A stretch of DNA of 64,000 nucleotides from Chitinophaga pinensis (GTDB taxonomy: Bacteria; Bacteroidota; Bacteroidia; 2-12-FULL-35-15): positions 1,269 through 65,268 of the forward strand of contig CAMCUO010000006.1 of NCBI GenBank assembly GCA_945879015.1. Direction: 5' to 3'. Positions within the stretch are counted from its first letter, which is position 1. Every line of letters begins with the position of its first letter. Under the pieces are notes generated by a model that saw only the letters and a program-made list of their open reading frames with translations, was not told the DNA's origin and ran no database searches. Shown piece by piece: positions 33,246-42,021 of the stretch. The position numbers were made by a program, and so were the translations under genes.

Positions 33246-33606
33246 ATGAAAGTAAAAGTAACTTATCCCAAAGCATTTGGAATTTCCTTAATAATAGGTG
33301 CAGTTTTTATTTTGAGTGTTTCATTTCTGATTGGAATCTCCTTGAATACATTAACAGGAGGAGTTTTACTTGTTATCTGAATTTTATACCTCAACAATGC
33401 TGCACTTATATATGATAAAGACGAATTGCATATTAAAAATCTTTATGGAAGCAGTGTCAGAAAATATTCTTTCCATACAGATAAAATAGAAATGAAAGAT
33501 GGTTCAATTTATTCGAATGATAGTAAAGTAAGAGTAGCCGGTACCTTTTTGAATAAAACAGAATTAAATCAATTGCACGAATTTATTTCAAATAAAGATT
33601 TTTAAA
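33246..33606 (+). pseudogene. small membrane-anchored bacterial-PH-like (DUF304-like) ORF interrupted by an in-frame TGA at 33378-33380
   Basis: MKVKVTYPKAFGISLIIGAVFILSVSFLIGISLNTLTGGVLLVI*ILYLNNAALIYDKDELHIKNLYG... is continuous in one frame across the TGA. Confidence 0.35.
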
Positions 33607-33640
33607 ATAAAAAAACCCCTCATTTCTGAGAGGTTTTCTG

Positions 33641-33720
33641 TACCCAGGACCGGAGTCGAACCGGTACGGTTTCCCACAGGTGTTTGAGACCAGCGCGTCT
33701 ACCAATTCCGCCACCTGGGC
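33641..33720 (-). tRNA. tRNA-Leu (anticodon CAA), type II with long variable arm
   Basis: Reverse complement GCCCAGGTGGCGGAATTGGTAGACGCGCTGGTCTCAAACACCTG...ACCGGTTCGACTCCGGTCCTGGGTA has acceptor/D/T arms and a CTCAAAC loop. The anticodon stem has one U-U mismatch. Confidence 0.7.
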
Positions 33721-33853
33721 ATTGATTTTAGGGAAAGCGGGACGCAAAACTATCGATTTGTTTTGGATTAGCAAAAAAATATGGTCAAAACCGCTAATTT
33801 TCTTTGCCAAAAGTCCATTTTTTACTACATTTGCAACCCTTATAAAAAAAGGC

Positions 33854-34789
33854 ATGAACTATAAAGTAAAAATATTTTCGGGTTCTTCTACTCGTAGCTT
33901 GTCAGAAAACATCTGCAAAAGCTATGGGCAAGAGTTAGGAAAAGTTTCTCTTCTTCGCTTTAGCGATGGGGAAATCCAAACTTCCTATGAAGAAACAGTT
34001 CGTGGTAGCGATGTATTTATCATCCAATCTACCATGCCGCCTACCGATAACTTATTTGAGCTTTTATTGATGATAGATGCTGCTAAACGTGCGTCTGCTC
34101 ATCAAATTATAGCTGTTTTACCTTATTTTGGATATGCTCGTCAAGATCGTAAAGACCAACCACGCGTTGCCATTGGTGCTAAAATGGTGGCTAACATGCT
34201 GGCTGCAGCTGGTGCTACTCGCATTGTCACAATGGACTTACATGCTGACCAAATTCAAGGATTTTTTGATTTTCCAGTAGATCATTTATACGCTTCTTCT
34301 ATATTTTTACCATATATCCAAAACTTAAACTTGCCAAATTTAACAATGGCAGCGCCAGATATGGGTGGTTCGAAAAGAGCAAATGCTTATGCTAAGTTTT
34401 TGAAATCAGATATCGTAATCTGCTATAAACAACGCGCAAAGGCAAACGTAATTGAGAGTATGACGGTGATTGGTGATGTAGAAGGAAAAGACATTGTGTT
34501 GGTTGACGACTTGATTGATACTGGCGGAACTCTTGCTAAAGCAGCTGATATGATGTTGGACAAAGGGGCAAATAGTGTACGAGCGGTTTGTACTCATGCT
34601 GTTTTATCTGGCAAAGCATATGAAACAATTGAAAAATCGAAGTTAACAGAATTGGTTGTTACAGATACTATTCCTTTGACTCAACAATGCAGTAAAATAA
34701 AAGTATTATCGGTTGCCGATTTATTCGCTAAAGTGTTACACAGCGTGCACAGCTTCGAATCTATCAGCTCTAATTTTATTGTATCATAA
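33854..34789 (+). CDS. prs: ribose-phosphate pyrophosphokinase
   Basis: Start at MNYKVKIFSG, downstream of the tRNA. PRPP-binding DLIDTGGTL motif. Confidence 0.93.
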   Translation: MNYKVKIFSGSSTRSLSENICKSYGQELGKVSLLRFSDGEIQTSYEETVRGSDVFIIQSTMPPTDNLFELLLMIDAAKRASAHQIIAVLPYFGYARQDRKDQPRVAIGAKMVANMLAAAGATRIVTMDLHADQIQGFFDFPVDHLYASSIFLPYIQNLNLPNLTMAAPDMGGSKRANAYAKFLKSDIVICYKQRAKANVIESMTVIGDVEGKDIVLVDDLIDTGGTLAKAADMMLDKGANSVRAVCTHAVLSGKAYETIEKSKLTELVVTDTIPLTQQCSKIKVLSVADLFAKVLHSVHSFESISSNFIVS

Positions 34790-34869
34790 ATAATAAAGAC
34801 ATTGCGCCAATTATTTATAAACGTTGATTGGCTGGCGCAACAATCAACATAAATTAAAATAAAAATAAA

Positions 34870-35508
34870 ATGAAATCAGTATCTATTAGCGGTTCGCCAC
34901 GTGCGAACGTAGGGAAGACAGATGCAACAGCTTTGAGAAATGCAAAGCGAGTACCATGTGTATTGTACGGAGGCAAAGAACAAGTTCACTTTTCTGTTTT
35001 AGAAGCAGACTTTAAAGACTTGATTTATACTCCAAGTGTAAGCACAGTGGACTTGGATGTTGAAGGTAAAAAATTCAAAGCTATCTTACAAGAAGCACAA
35101 TTCCACACTGTAAAAGACAATCTTTTGCATGTTGATTTTTTAGAAATTATTGCCGGAAAACCAGTAACAATGAGTATCCCAGTTAAAACGACAGGAACAT
35201 CTCCAGGAGTTAGAAATGGCGGTAAATTGAACAAAAAATTAAAGACATTAAGAGTAAAAGGGTTAGTAGAAAAAATGCCTGATACAATTGATATTGCTAT
35301 CGACAAATTAGAAATTGGAGACGGAGTTCGTGTAAGTGATCTAAAAATTGATGGATTAACATTTTTGAATGCTGAAAACGTAACAGTTGTAAACGTTCAA
35401 GTAACTCGCGTTGCTGTTGAGGAGGTTAAAGTTGCCGCTCCAGTTGCTGCTGCTACTGCTGCCGCTCCTGCTGCTGCCGCTGCTGCTAAACCAGCTGCAA
35501 AAAAATAA
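34870..35508 (+). CDS. rplY: 50S ribosomal protein L25 / general stress protein Ctc
   Basis: L25/Ctc family with Ala/Pro-rich C-terminal tail. Confidence 0.9.
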   Translation: MKSVSISGSPRANVGKTDATALRNAKRVPCVLYGGKEQVHFSVLEADFKDLIYTPSVSTVDLDVEGKKFKAILQEAQFHTVKDNLLHVDFLEIIAGKPVTMSIPVKTTGTSPGVRNGGKLNKKLKTLRVKGLVEKMPDTIDIAIDKLEIGDGVRVSDLKIDGLTFLNAENVTVVNVQVTRVAVEEVKVAAPVAAATAAAPAAAAAAKPAAKK

Positions 35509-35526
35509 TTTTTTCTTAACTTTAAT

Positions 35527-35560
35527 AAACCCCCGAGTAATTACCTCGGGGGTTTTTATT
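35527..35560 (+). terminator. rho-independent terminator
   Basis: AAACCCCCGAG-TAATTAC-CTCGGGGGTTT followed by TTAT. Confidence 0.65.
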
Positions 35561-35576
35561 TTCGTAAATTTGAGCA

Positions 35577-36143
35577 ATGAGTAAGTTTTTAATTGTTGGA
35601 TTGGGAAATATTGGAGATGAGTATGAGAACACTCGCCACAATATTGGATTTACAATTTTAGACGAAATTGCAAAAGAAAACAATTTCAAATTCAGTGTTG
35701 ATAAACTTGCTTCATTAGCAACGTATAAGTTTAAAGGGAAAACATTAATTTTAATAAAACCTTCTACTTATATGAACTTAAGCGGGAAGGCAGTAAATTA
35801 TTGGATGCAAGCTGAAAAAATACAGAAAGAAAATATTTTAATCCTTACAGATGATTTAGCTTTGCCATTTGGTTCGGTTCGCATGAAAGGAAAAGGAAGT
35901 GATGGCGGACATAATGGATTGAAAAGTATTCAGGAGACATTGATGAGCAGCGAATATGCTCGCTTACGATTTGGAGTGGGCAACGAATTTTCTAAAGGAA
36001 AACAGGTTGATTATGTTTTAGGAAAATGGGATGAAGAAGAAAAGAAAGGATTGGAACCAAGAATAAAGCTTGCTATTGAAATGATTCAAGGATTTGCAAC
36101 AATTGGATTACAACGCACAATGAGTGCACATAATAATAAATAA
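35577..36143 (+). CDS. pth: peptidyl-tRNA hydrolase
   Basis: MSKFLIVGLGNIG...TRHNIGF motif. Confidence 0.93.
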   Translation: MSKFLIVGLGNIGDEYENTRHNIGFTILDEIAKENNFKFSVDKLASLATYKFKGKTLILIKPSTYMNLSGKAVNYWMQAEKIQKENILILTDDLALPFGSVRMKGKGSDGGHNGLKSIQETLMSSEYARLRFGVGNEFSKGKQVDYVLGKWDEEEKKGLEPRIKLAIEMIQGFATIGLQRTMSAHNNK

Positions 36144-36176
36144 AAAAACTGGATATTAATTTTAAAAACGAAAAAC

Positions 36177-37097
36177 ATGAAAAAAATTACTCTACTCTTT
36201 CTTGCAATCACTTTTACCGTTTTTGCAAACGCTCAACTTTTATACACTTTTGACAGTGTTAAAACAACTTCAGGAATGATCGATCCAACACCAGCTCCTG
36301 TTGGTGGTCCTGGTATTACTTGTGCCAGCTTTATGGCTGTTGGAACCCCTCCAAATTCATTAGCTGCATTTCGTTTCGACTTTTCTGGTTGGGCATTGGG
36401 ATCAACTGGTGGCGCTGCAGATACTTTGTTTTCAGGGATGACTGGTTCAGTTAACACGGCTGAATATTATGAAGTAAGCTTAACTCCGGGTGCTGGATAT
36501 TCAATTACTGAAGATTCTATCAAATTTGATTTCGACCGCTCATCAGCAGGAGTAAGAACTTATAGTGTGCGCTCTAGTTTAGATGGCTATACTGCAAATT
36601 TAAATGCGGTTTATGGTCTGCCAACAACTAATGTGGATGTTCAAGCAGGAAATGTTTTCTTTCTTAAAAAAGATATAACAACATTACAAACTAGAAACAT
36701 TATTGTATTGGGTCCAACTTTCATGAATCTTGTTACTCCTATTACATTTCGTTTTTATGGATGGAATGCAGAAGGAACTGGAGGGACATTTAGCATTGAC
36801 AATGTGAATTTTATTGGAAGCTCTACATTGTTGACAGGGATAAATGAAAAAGAAGAAACTTCAGTACGCCTGTTTCCAAATCCAACAACAAACGGAATTG
36901 TTACGCTTGATATTGCAAACCTGTCTGGAAAAACAGCCATCACGGTTTACGATATTATTGGTAATAATATTTTCAGCACAGAAACATCTTCTGCACAACA
37001 ATTAATTGATTTGTCTAATCAAGCAAATGGCAGTTATTTTGTTTCTATCAAAAACGCTAAAGAAGTAATCACTAAAAAAATTATTGTAAATAAATAA
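36177..37097 (+). CDS. secreted protein with T9SS type A C-terminal sorting domain
   Basis: Signal peptide. C-terminal ITVYDIIGNNIF...GSYFVSIKNAKEVITKKIIVNK beta-sandwich sorting signal. Confidence 0.72.
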   Translation: MKKITLLFLAITFTVFANAQLLYTFDSVKTTSGMIDPTPAPVGGPGITCASFMAVGTPPNSLAAFRFDFSGWALGSTGGAADTLFSGMTGSVNTAEYYEVSLTPGAGYSITEDSIKFDFDRSSAGVRTYSVRSSLDGYTANLNAVYGLPTTNVDVQAGNVFFLKKDITTLQTRNIIVLGPTFMNLVTPITFRFYGWNAEGTGGTFSIDNVNFIGSSTLLTGINEKEETSVRLFPNPTTNGIVTLDIANLSGKTAITVYDIIGNNIFSTETSSAQQLIDLSNQANGSYFVSIKNAKEVITKKIIVNK

Positions 37098-37111
37098 GTA
37101 AAAAAAATTCT

Positions 37112-37155
37112 AAAAAACGTCCTGTCCCGAACATTCGTGGAAGGACGTTTTTTGT
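37112..37155 (+). terminator. rho-independent terminator
   Basis: ACGTCCT...AGGACGT followed by TTTTTTG. Confidence 0.65.
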
Positions 37156-37165
37156 TTTTATATTT

Positions 37166-38971
37166 GTGTCATTTGTGGAAAAATCAGAATACATCAGCAG
37201 TCTAGTAAAATCACTACCGAATAATCCCGGGGTGTATCAATATTACGATGTTGAAGGAAAAATAATATACGTTGGGAAAGCAAAAGATTTAAAAAAAAGA
37301 GTTTCCTCCTACTTTAATAAAGATCAATCTGAAAATGGTAAAACGCAAATCCTCGTAAAAAAGATTGTCGATATTAAATTTATTATTGTCGATACCGAAT
37401 TAGATGCTCTTTTACTAGAAAATAATCTGATTAAAAAGTATCAGCCTCGTTACAATGTTTTATTGAAAGACGACAAAACGTATCCTTGGATTTGTATCAA
37501 AAATGAAAGGTTCCCAAGAGTATTTACCACTCGCAATGTTATAAAAGATGGTTCTACTTATTTTGGTCCGTATGCTTCTGTAAAAGTAATGCACACTGTT
37601 TTAGATTTGGTAAAACAACTTTTTAAACTTCGTAATTGCAATTTACATTTATCAGAACAAAACATTAAAGCAAAAAAATTTAAAGTCTGTTTAGAATACC
37701 ATATTGGCAACTGCAAGGCTCCTTGTGTTGCCAACGAAAGTGAAGAAGAATACAACCAAACAATTTCTAGCATTAAAGAAATTATTAAGGGTAATATCAG
37801 TACAGTTTCGAAACATTTAAAAAGTATTTTACATAACCATGTGGAAAAATTAGAGTTTGAAAAAGCGCATATCATCAAAGAAAAAATTGATGCCTTAGAA
37901 AAATTTCAAAGCAAGTCTACTGTTGTAAGTCCTACTATTACAAACGTGGATATATTTTCAATCACATCGGACGAAAAAACGGCTTATGTTAATTTTCTAA
38001 AAGTTGTTAACGGCTCTATCATTCAAGGCCATACTATTGAATTAAAAAAGAAGCTGGATGAAAGCGATCAAGAATTATTGGCGCTTTCAATTGTTGAATT
38101 AAGAGAACGCTTTCACAGCGATGCAAAAGAAGTAATTGTTCCTTTTGATATTGAAACCGAATTTCCAGGAATTGATTTTATTGTTCCACAGCGTGGAGAT
38201 AAAAAACATTTGCTAGAATTGTCAGAACGAAATGTCAACTATTACAAAAGAGAAAAAATTAAACAAGAAAGTTTAATAGATCCTGAGCGACACACAAAAC
38301 GTATTTTAGAGCAAATGAAAAAAGACTTGCGCTTGACAGAAGAACCCCGTCACATTGAATGTTTCGACAACTCTAATTTTCAAGGTGCCTATCCAGTTGC
38401 TGCAATGACTGTTTTTAAAGATTGCAAACCAAGTAAAAAAGATTACCGTCATTTTAACATCAAAACGGTAGAAGGGCCCGATGACTTTGCGTCGATGGAA
38501 GAAATCATTTATAGAAGGTATAAACGCGTTCAAGAAGAAAACCAATCGATGCCACAATTGATTGTAATTGATGGCGGGAAAGGGCAATTGAGTGCTGCAT
38601 TGGAAAGTTTAGACAAATTAGGATTACGAGGAAAGGTTGCCATCATTGGTATCGCAAAGAAGTTAGAGGAAATTTATTTTCCTGGAGATTCAATTCCTTT
38701 ATATTTAGATAAAAGAAGTGAGTCGCTAAAGATTATCCAACAAATCAGAGATGAAGCACATCGCTTTGGAATAACTCACCACCGTAGCAAAAGAGATAAA
38801 GGAACTTTAAAAACAGAACTGACAGAGATAAAAGGAATAAGCGATACAACAGCACAAAAACTACTCTCTCATTTTAAATCGGTGAAAAAAATAAAAGAAG
38901 CGAATGAACAAGAATTAACAGAAATAATTGGAAAAGCAAAAACGAAAATTATTCTTGATTTTTATAAATAA
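37166..38971 (+). CDS. uvrC: excinuclease ABC subunit C
   Basis: GIY-YIG N-terminus (GVYQYYDVEGKIIYVGKAKDLKKR), UvrBC, RNase H-like and HhH domains. Confidence 0.95.
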   Translation: MSFVEKSEYISSLVKSLPNNPGVYQYYDVEGKIIYVGKAKDLKKRVSSYFNKDQSENGKTQILVKKIVDIKFIIVDTELDALLLENNLIKKYQPRYNVLLKDDKTYPWICIKNERFPRVFTTRNVIKDGSTYFGPYASVKVMHTVLDLVKQLFKLRNCNLHLSEQNIKAKKFKVCLEYHIGNCKAPCVANESEEEYNQTISSIKEIIKGNISTVSKHLKSILHNHVEKLEFEKAHIIKEKIDALEKFQSKSTVVSPTITNVDIFSITSDEKTAYVNFLKVVNGSIIQGHTIELKKKLDESDQELLALSIVELRERFHSDAKEVIVPFDIETEFPGIDFIVPQRGDKKHLLELSERNVNYYKREKIKQESLIDPERHTKRILEQMKKDLRLTEEPRHIECFDNSNFQGAYPVAAMTVFKDCKPSKKDYRHFNIKTVEGPDDFASMEEIIYRRYKRVQEENQSMPQLIVIDGGKGQLSAALESLDKLGLRGKVAIIGIAKKLEEIYFPGDSIPLYLDKRSESLKIIQQIRDEAHRFGITHHRSKRDKGTLKTELTEIKGISDTTAQKLLSHFKSVKKIKEANEQELTEIIGKAKTKIILDFYK

Positions 38972-40964
38972 CAATTTCGAAATTGTCATACAGCATTGAT
39001 TTTTTAGTAGGATTCCAAAAGTAGACTGATAAAATATCTTTTTCATTTGAAAACTCAGGAAGAACAAAATAAAACTGCCCATCCTGAATAGCATTATTTG
39101 GTGCATAATAGTCCCTGAGTTTGTGACTTTGAAAATTTTTTGTTTCTTCTCCATTTGTGATAGTAGCAACCAGCTGTATCTCAGAGTCGGTTTTCAGAAG
39201 AATGTCGCTGGAAACAGAAAGTGTTAAGGCTCCCTTTTCTTTTAATTCTTTGGCTTTTATTATAAAAGTAATTCCATATTCTGTTGCTGAATCCAACACT
39301 GCCACTTTTGTTCCAAACTCCTGCGCATCTTTCAGATTCCAGACCTCACCAAAATGATCCTTTTCTAATCGGGTATCAAAATCTATTCGTGTACTATAAA
39401 CAGCACTCTTTTTATTTATATTCAGTAAATAGGAAATTGGTTTTTTTCTGAACTCCTTACTTTTTTTATATATTGTTATTTTCCCATTTCCTGCAATGGG
39501 TTCGATCATGAATGATACAATCGGGTAATATCTTAAAACATCCGAGATCAAAAAAACATCCTGAATCACCACATAATCCCATTTTGCCCAGAACAAAGAA
39601 AAAGCAGCATCGTCTCTCACTGTTTGATGAACCGTATATCCTTTTCGGTTCATTAAGATTAAAGGAACATTGTATGAATATGCATCGATCACCAGTATTT
39701 TAGCATCTTTCGGAATTCCATTCTTATCTAAAAAGACTTCTGAGCCGATAAAGTTCTGACGAGTTATTTCTACTCTGTCCCATGAAAATGTTTGATAGCG
39801 TTCATCCTGAATTTTTTGTGCACTGATTCCCGATAAAACAATAAATGAAATACTAACGATAATTAAAGCGACTTTATAAACATTCTTTTCTACTCTTACA
39901 GCGTTCATCGAAAAAAGAAACAGCAGAACAATGGGAATAAAAAAGGAATCGAGGAAATAATAATCGTGGTCATAATATTGTTTTGCCATTGCTAAAAAAT
40001 ATACGGTGGTTCCGCAAAAAGCAATGAGCAAATGAAACCAGTATTTTTTATTTGTCTCATCTATAACTCTCCGTTTAAGAAATAATATCAATGTTAGAAC
40101 AACAACAATAGAGATGAGAAGATAATGCCAAATTGTGAAATAATGAAAACACCAATGACGATAGATTTCATCAACAATTTCTTTCAATTCCCAGAAATCT
40201 TTCGGCGTAGTCAAATGATCCAGGAATATAGTTCCATAGATTCGATATAAATGAAGGTTATAAAAAAAATATACGATTATAATTCCAAACCCCAGCGTAA
40301 AAATTGTTATTTCAAATTTGTTGATTCGCTTTTCTTTGAGAAACAAAAATGCCTGTTGGGAAAGAACAGCCAGCAGAAACATAACAAATGGCATTCTTAC
40401 CAAAGCTGCCAAAGCAAAAAAGAGGATTGCTATAAAAAATTGTTTTTTGCTTGCGTTAGCTCTGTATGAAAAATAGTTGTAATAGGCAATAAATGTAAAA
40501 GATAAAGCAGGAATAGTAGGAATAAATCCATCCTGATAATACATATAAATGGGAGAAAGAAAAACAAACAATACTACTAATACTGATTTTATTTCAGAGG
40601 ATGTTATTTTTTTAGCCAGCAAGTACAAGTGAATTAATCCGATAATACTTAGCAGCAATGTATAGGTTCTAAAAACGGATGGAGCTGTTGTTCCAAACAG
40701 TTTCATAAATATTGCTACTATATAATCGTTGATTGGAAAGTCAACACGTGTAATTCCATTTACGGTCATTTGATTAAATGTTTGTGGATGGAAAAAGTCA
40801 AAGCCGTTGTTTAAAAACCCAAGCGCGATAGCATATCTGTCACTTTGCGTCCAGGAATGCATGTATGCAGGAAAAAGAGAAATGGTATTGTGATAAAACA
40901 GAACACTCAGTGCCAACAAAATAAACGAAAGAAATAGAATTCCTTTTTTATTGGATAAGTTCAT
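38949..40964 (-). CDS. GT-C fold polytopic membrane glycosyltransferase-like protein (PMT/ArnT-like) with C-terminal periplasmic domain
   Basis: About 11 N-terminal TM helices. First-loop SDRYAIALGF resembles the DE-x-RYA motif of GT39/GT83. 671 aa. Confidence 0.55.
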   Translation of the reverse strand: MNLSNKKGILFLSFILLALSVLFYHNTISLFPAYMHSWTQSDRYAIALGFLNNGFDFFHPQTFNQMTVNGITRVDFPINDYIVAIFMKLFGTTAPSVFRTYTLLLSIIGLIHLYLLAKKITSSEIKSVLVVLFVFLSPIYMYYQDGFIPTIPALSFTFIAYYNYFSYRANASKKQFFIAILFFALAALVRMPFVMFLLAVLSQQAFLFLKEKRINKFEITIFTLGFGIIIVYFFYNLHLYRIYGTIFLDHLTTPKDFWELKEIVDEIYRHWCFHYFTIWHYLLISIVVVLTLILFLKRRVIDETNKKYWFHLLIAFCGTTVYFLAMAKQYYDHDYYFLDSFFIPIVLLFLFSMNAVRVEKNVYKVALIIVSISFIVLSGISAQKIQDERYQTFSWDRVEITRQNFIGSEVFLDKNGIPKDAKILVIDAYSYNVPLILMNRKGYTVHQTVRDDAAFSLFWAKWDYVVIQDVFLISDVLRYYPIVSFMIEPIAGNGKITIYKKSKEFRKKPISYLLNINKKSAVYSTRIDFDTRLEKDHFGEVWNLKDAQEFGTKVAVLDSATEYGITFIIKAKELKEKGALTLSVSSDILLKTDSEIQLVATITNGEETKNFQSHKLRDYYAPNNAIQDGQFYFVLPEFSNEKDILSVYFWNPTKKSMLYDNFEIVIYKNQE

Positions 40965-40975
40965 TCCTGAAAAAT

Positions 40976-41974
40976 TTAAGATAATTTATCGGTAAGCAAT
41001 TTCATTTCAATTGCAGGAGAAATTTTTTCGTAAACAATATTATAGACAGCATCTGTAATTGGCATATCTACTTTGTGTTTTTTATTGATTTCGTAAATAC
41101 ATTTCACTCCGTAATAGCCTTCAGCAACCATGTTCATCTCTAATTGAGCATAACGAACGGAATAACCTTTCCCAATCATATTTCCGAACATTCTGTTGCG
41201 ACTGAATTGAGAATAAGCCGTAACCAACAAATCTCCTAAATATGCCGAACTTTTTATATCTCTATCGATTGGATGAACCACATCGACAAATGCTTTTATT
41301 TCTTGAATGGCATTTGAGATTAAAACCGCTTGAAAATTATCTCCATAACCTAAGCCATGACAAATTCCACTTGCAATGGCAAATACGTTTTTCAAAACTG
41401 CAGAAAACTCTGTTCCAAAAATATCATCCGAAACTGTTGTTTTAATATAACGGCAATTTAATTGAGAAGCAACATAAGTAGCACTAGCGGTGTTCTGAGA
41501 TGCAATTGTTAAGTAGGATAATTTTTCCATCGCTACTTCTTCTGCGTGACAAGGACCAGTAATTACTCCGATATCTTCAAAAGGAATATTGTATTGTGTA
41601 TTAAAGAATTCTCCAACAATTAAATTGTGCTCCGGAACAATACCTTTAATTGCTGAAAATACTTTTTTGTTTTTAAAATCTGCTTCCGTTAAATCTTTCA
41701 AGGCTTCTTTCAAAAAGGCAGATGGAACAGCCATAATTAAAACATCTGCTTTGGCAATGACTTCTTTTAAATTAGGATTCAAAACCAGTTTAGATGTTTC
41801 AAATTCTACGGATGTTAAATAATTCGGATTGTGTTTGTATTTATTGATATGATCTACAACTGTTTGACTGCGGACCCACCAATGCACTTCTTTGGCATTG
41901 TTGCACAGCATTTTAACTATTGCTGTTGCCCAGCTTCCTCCTCCAATAACCGCTATTTTATGTGTTTCACTCAT
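40976..41974 (-). CDS. gpsA: NAD(P)H-dependent glycerol-3-phosphate dehydrogenase
   Basis: KIAVIGGGSWATAI Rossmann motif. 332 aa. Confidence 0.95.
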   Translation of the reverse strand: MSETHKIAVIGGGSWATAIVKMLCNNAKEVHWWVRSQTVVDHINKYKHNPNYLTSVEFETSKLVLNPNLKEVIAKADVLIMAVPSAFLKEALKDLTEADFKNKKVFSAIKGIVPEHNLIVGEFFNTQYNIPFEDIGVITGPCHAEEVAMEKLSYLTIASQNTASATYVASQLNCRYIKTTVSDDIFGTEFSAVLKNVFAIASGICHGLGYGDNFQAVLISNAIQEIKAFVDVVHPIDRDIKSSAYLGDLLVTAYSQFSRNRMFGNMIGKGYSVRYAQLEMNMVAEGYYGVKCIYEINKKHKVDMPITDAVYNIVYEKISPAIEMKLLTDKLS

Positions 41975-42021
41975 GTTATATCTATAAATAAAGTCCTAAT
42001 TTATGTTTTTTATGGGACATT

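Noticed and set aside
33583-33855. 90 aa ORF on the minus strand
   Set aside because: It overlaps the tRNA-Leu gene and the prs leader, so it is spurious.
34795-34840. Imperfect hairpin TTGCGCCAAT...ATTGGCTGGCGCAA upstream of rplY as a regulatory leader
   Set aside because: It is more simply the terminator of prs, which ends at 34789. No conserved L25 leader motif is known.
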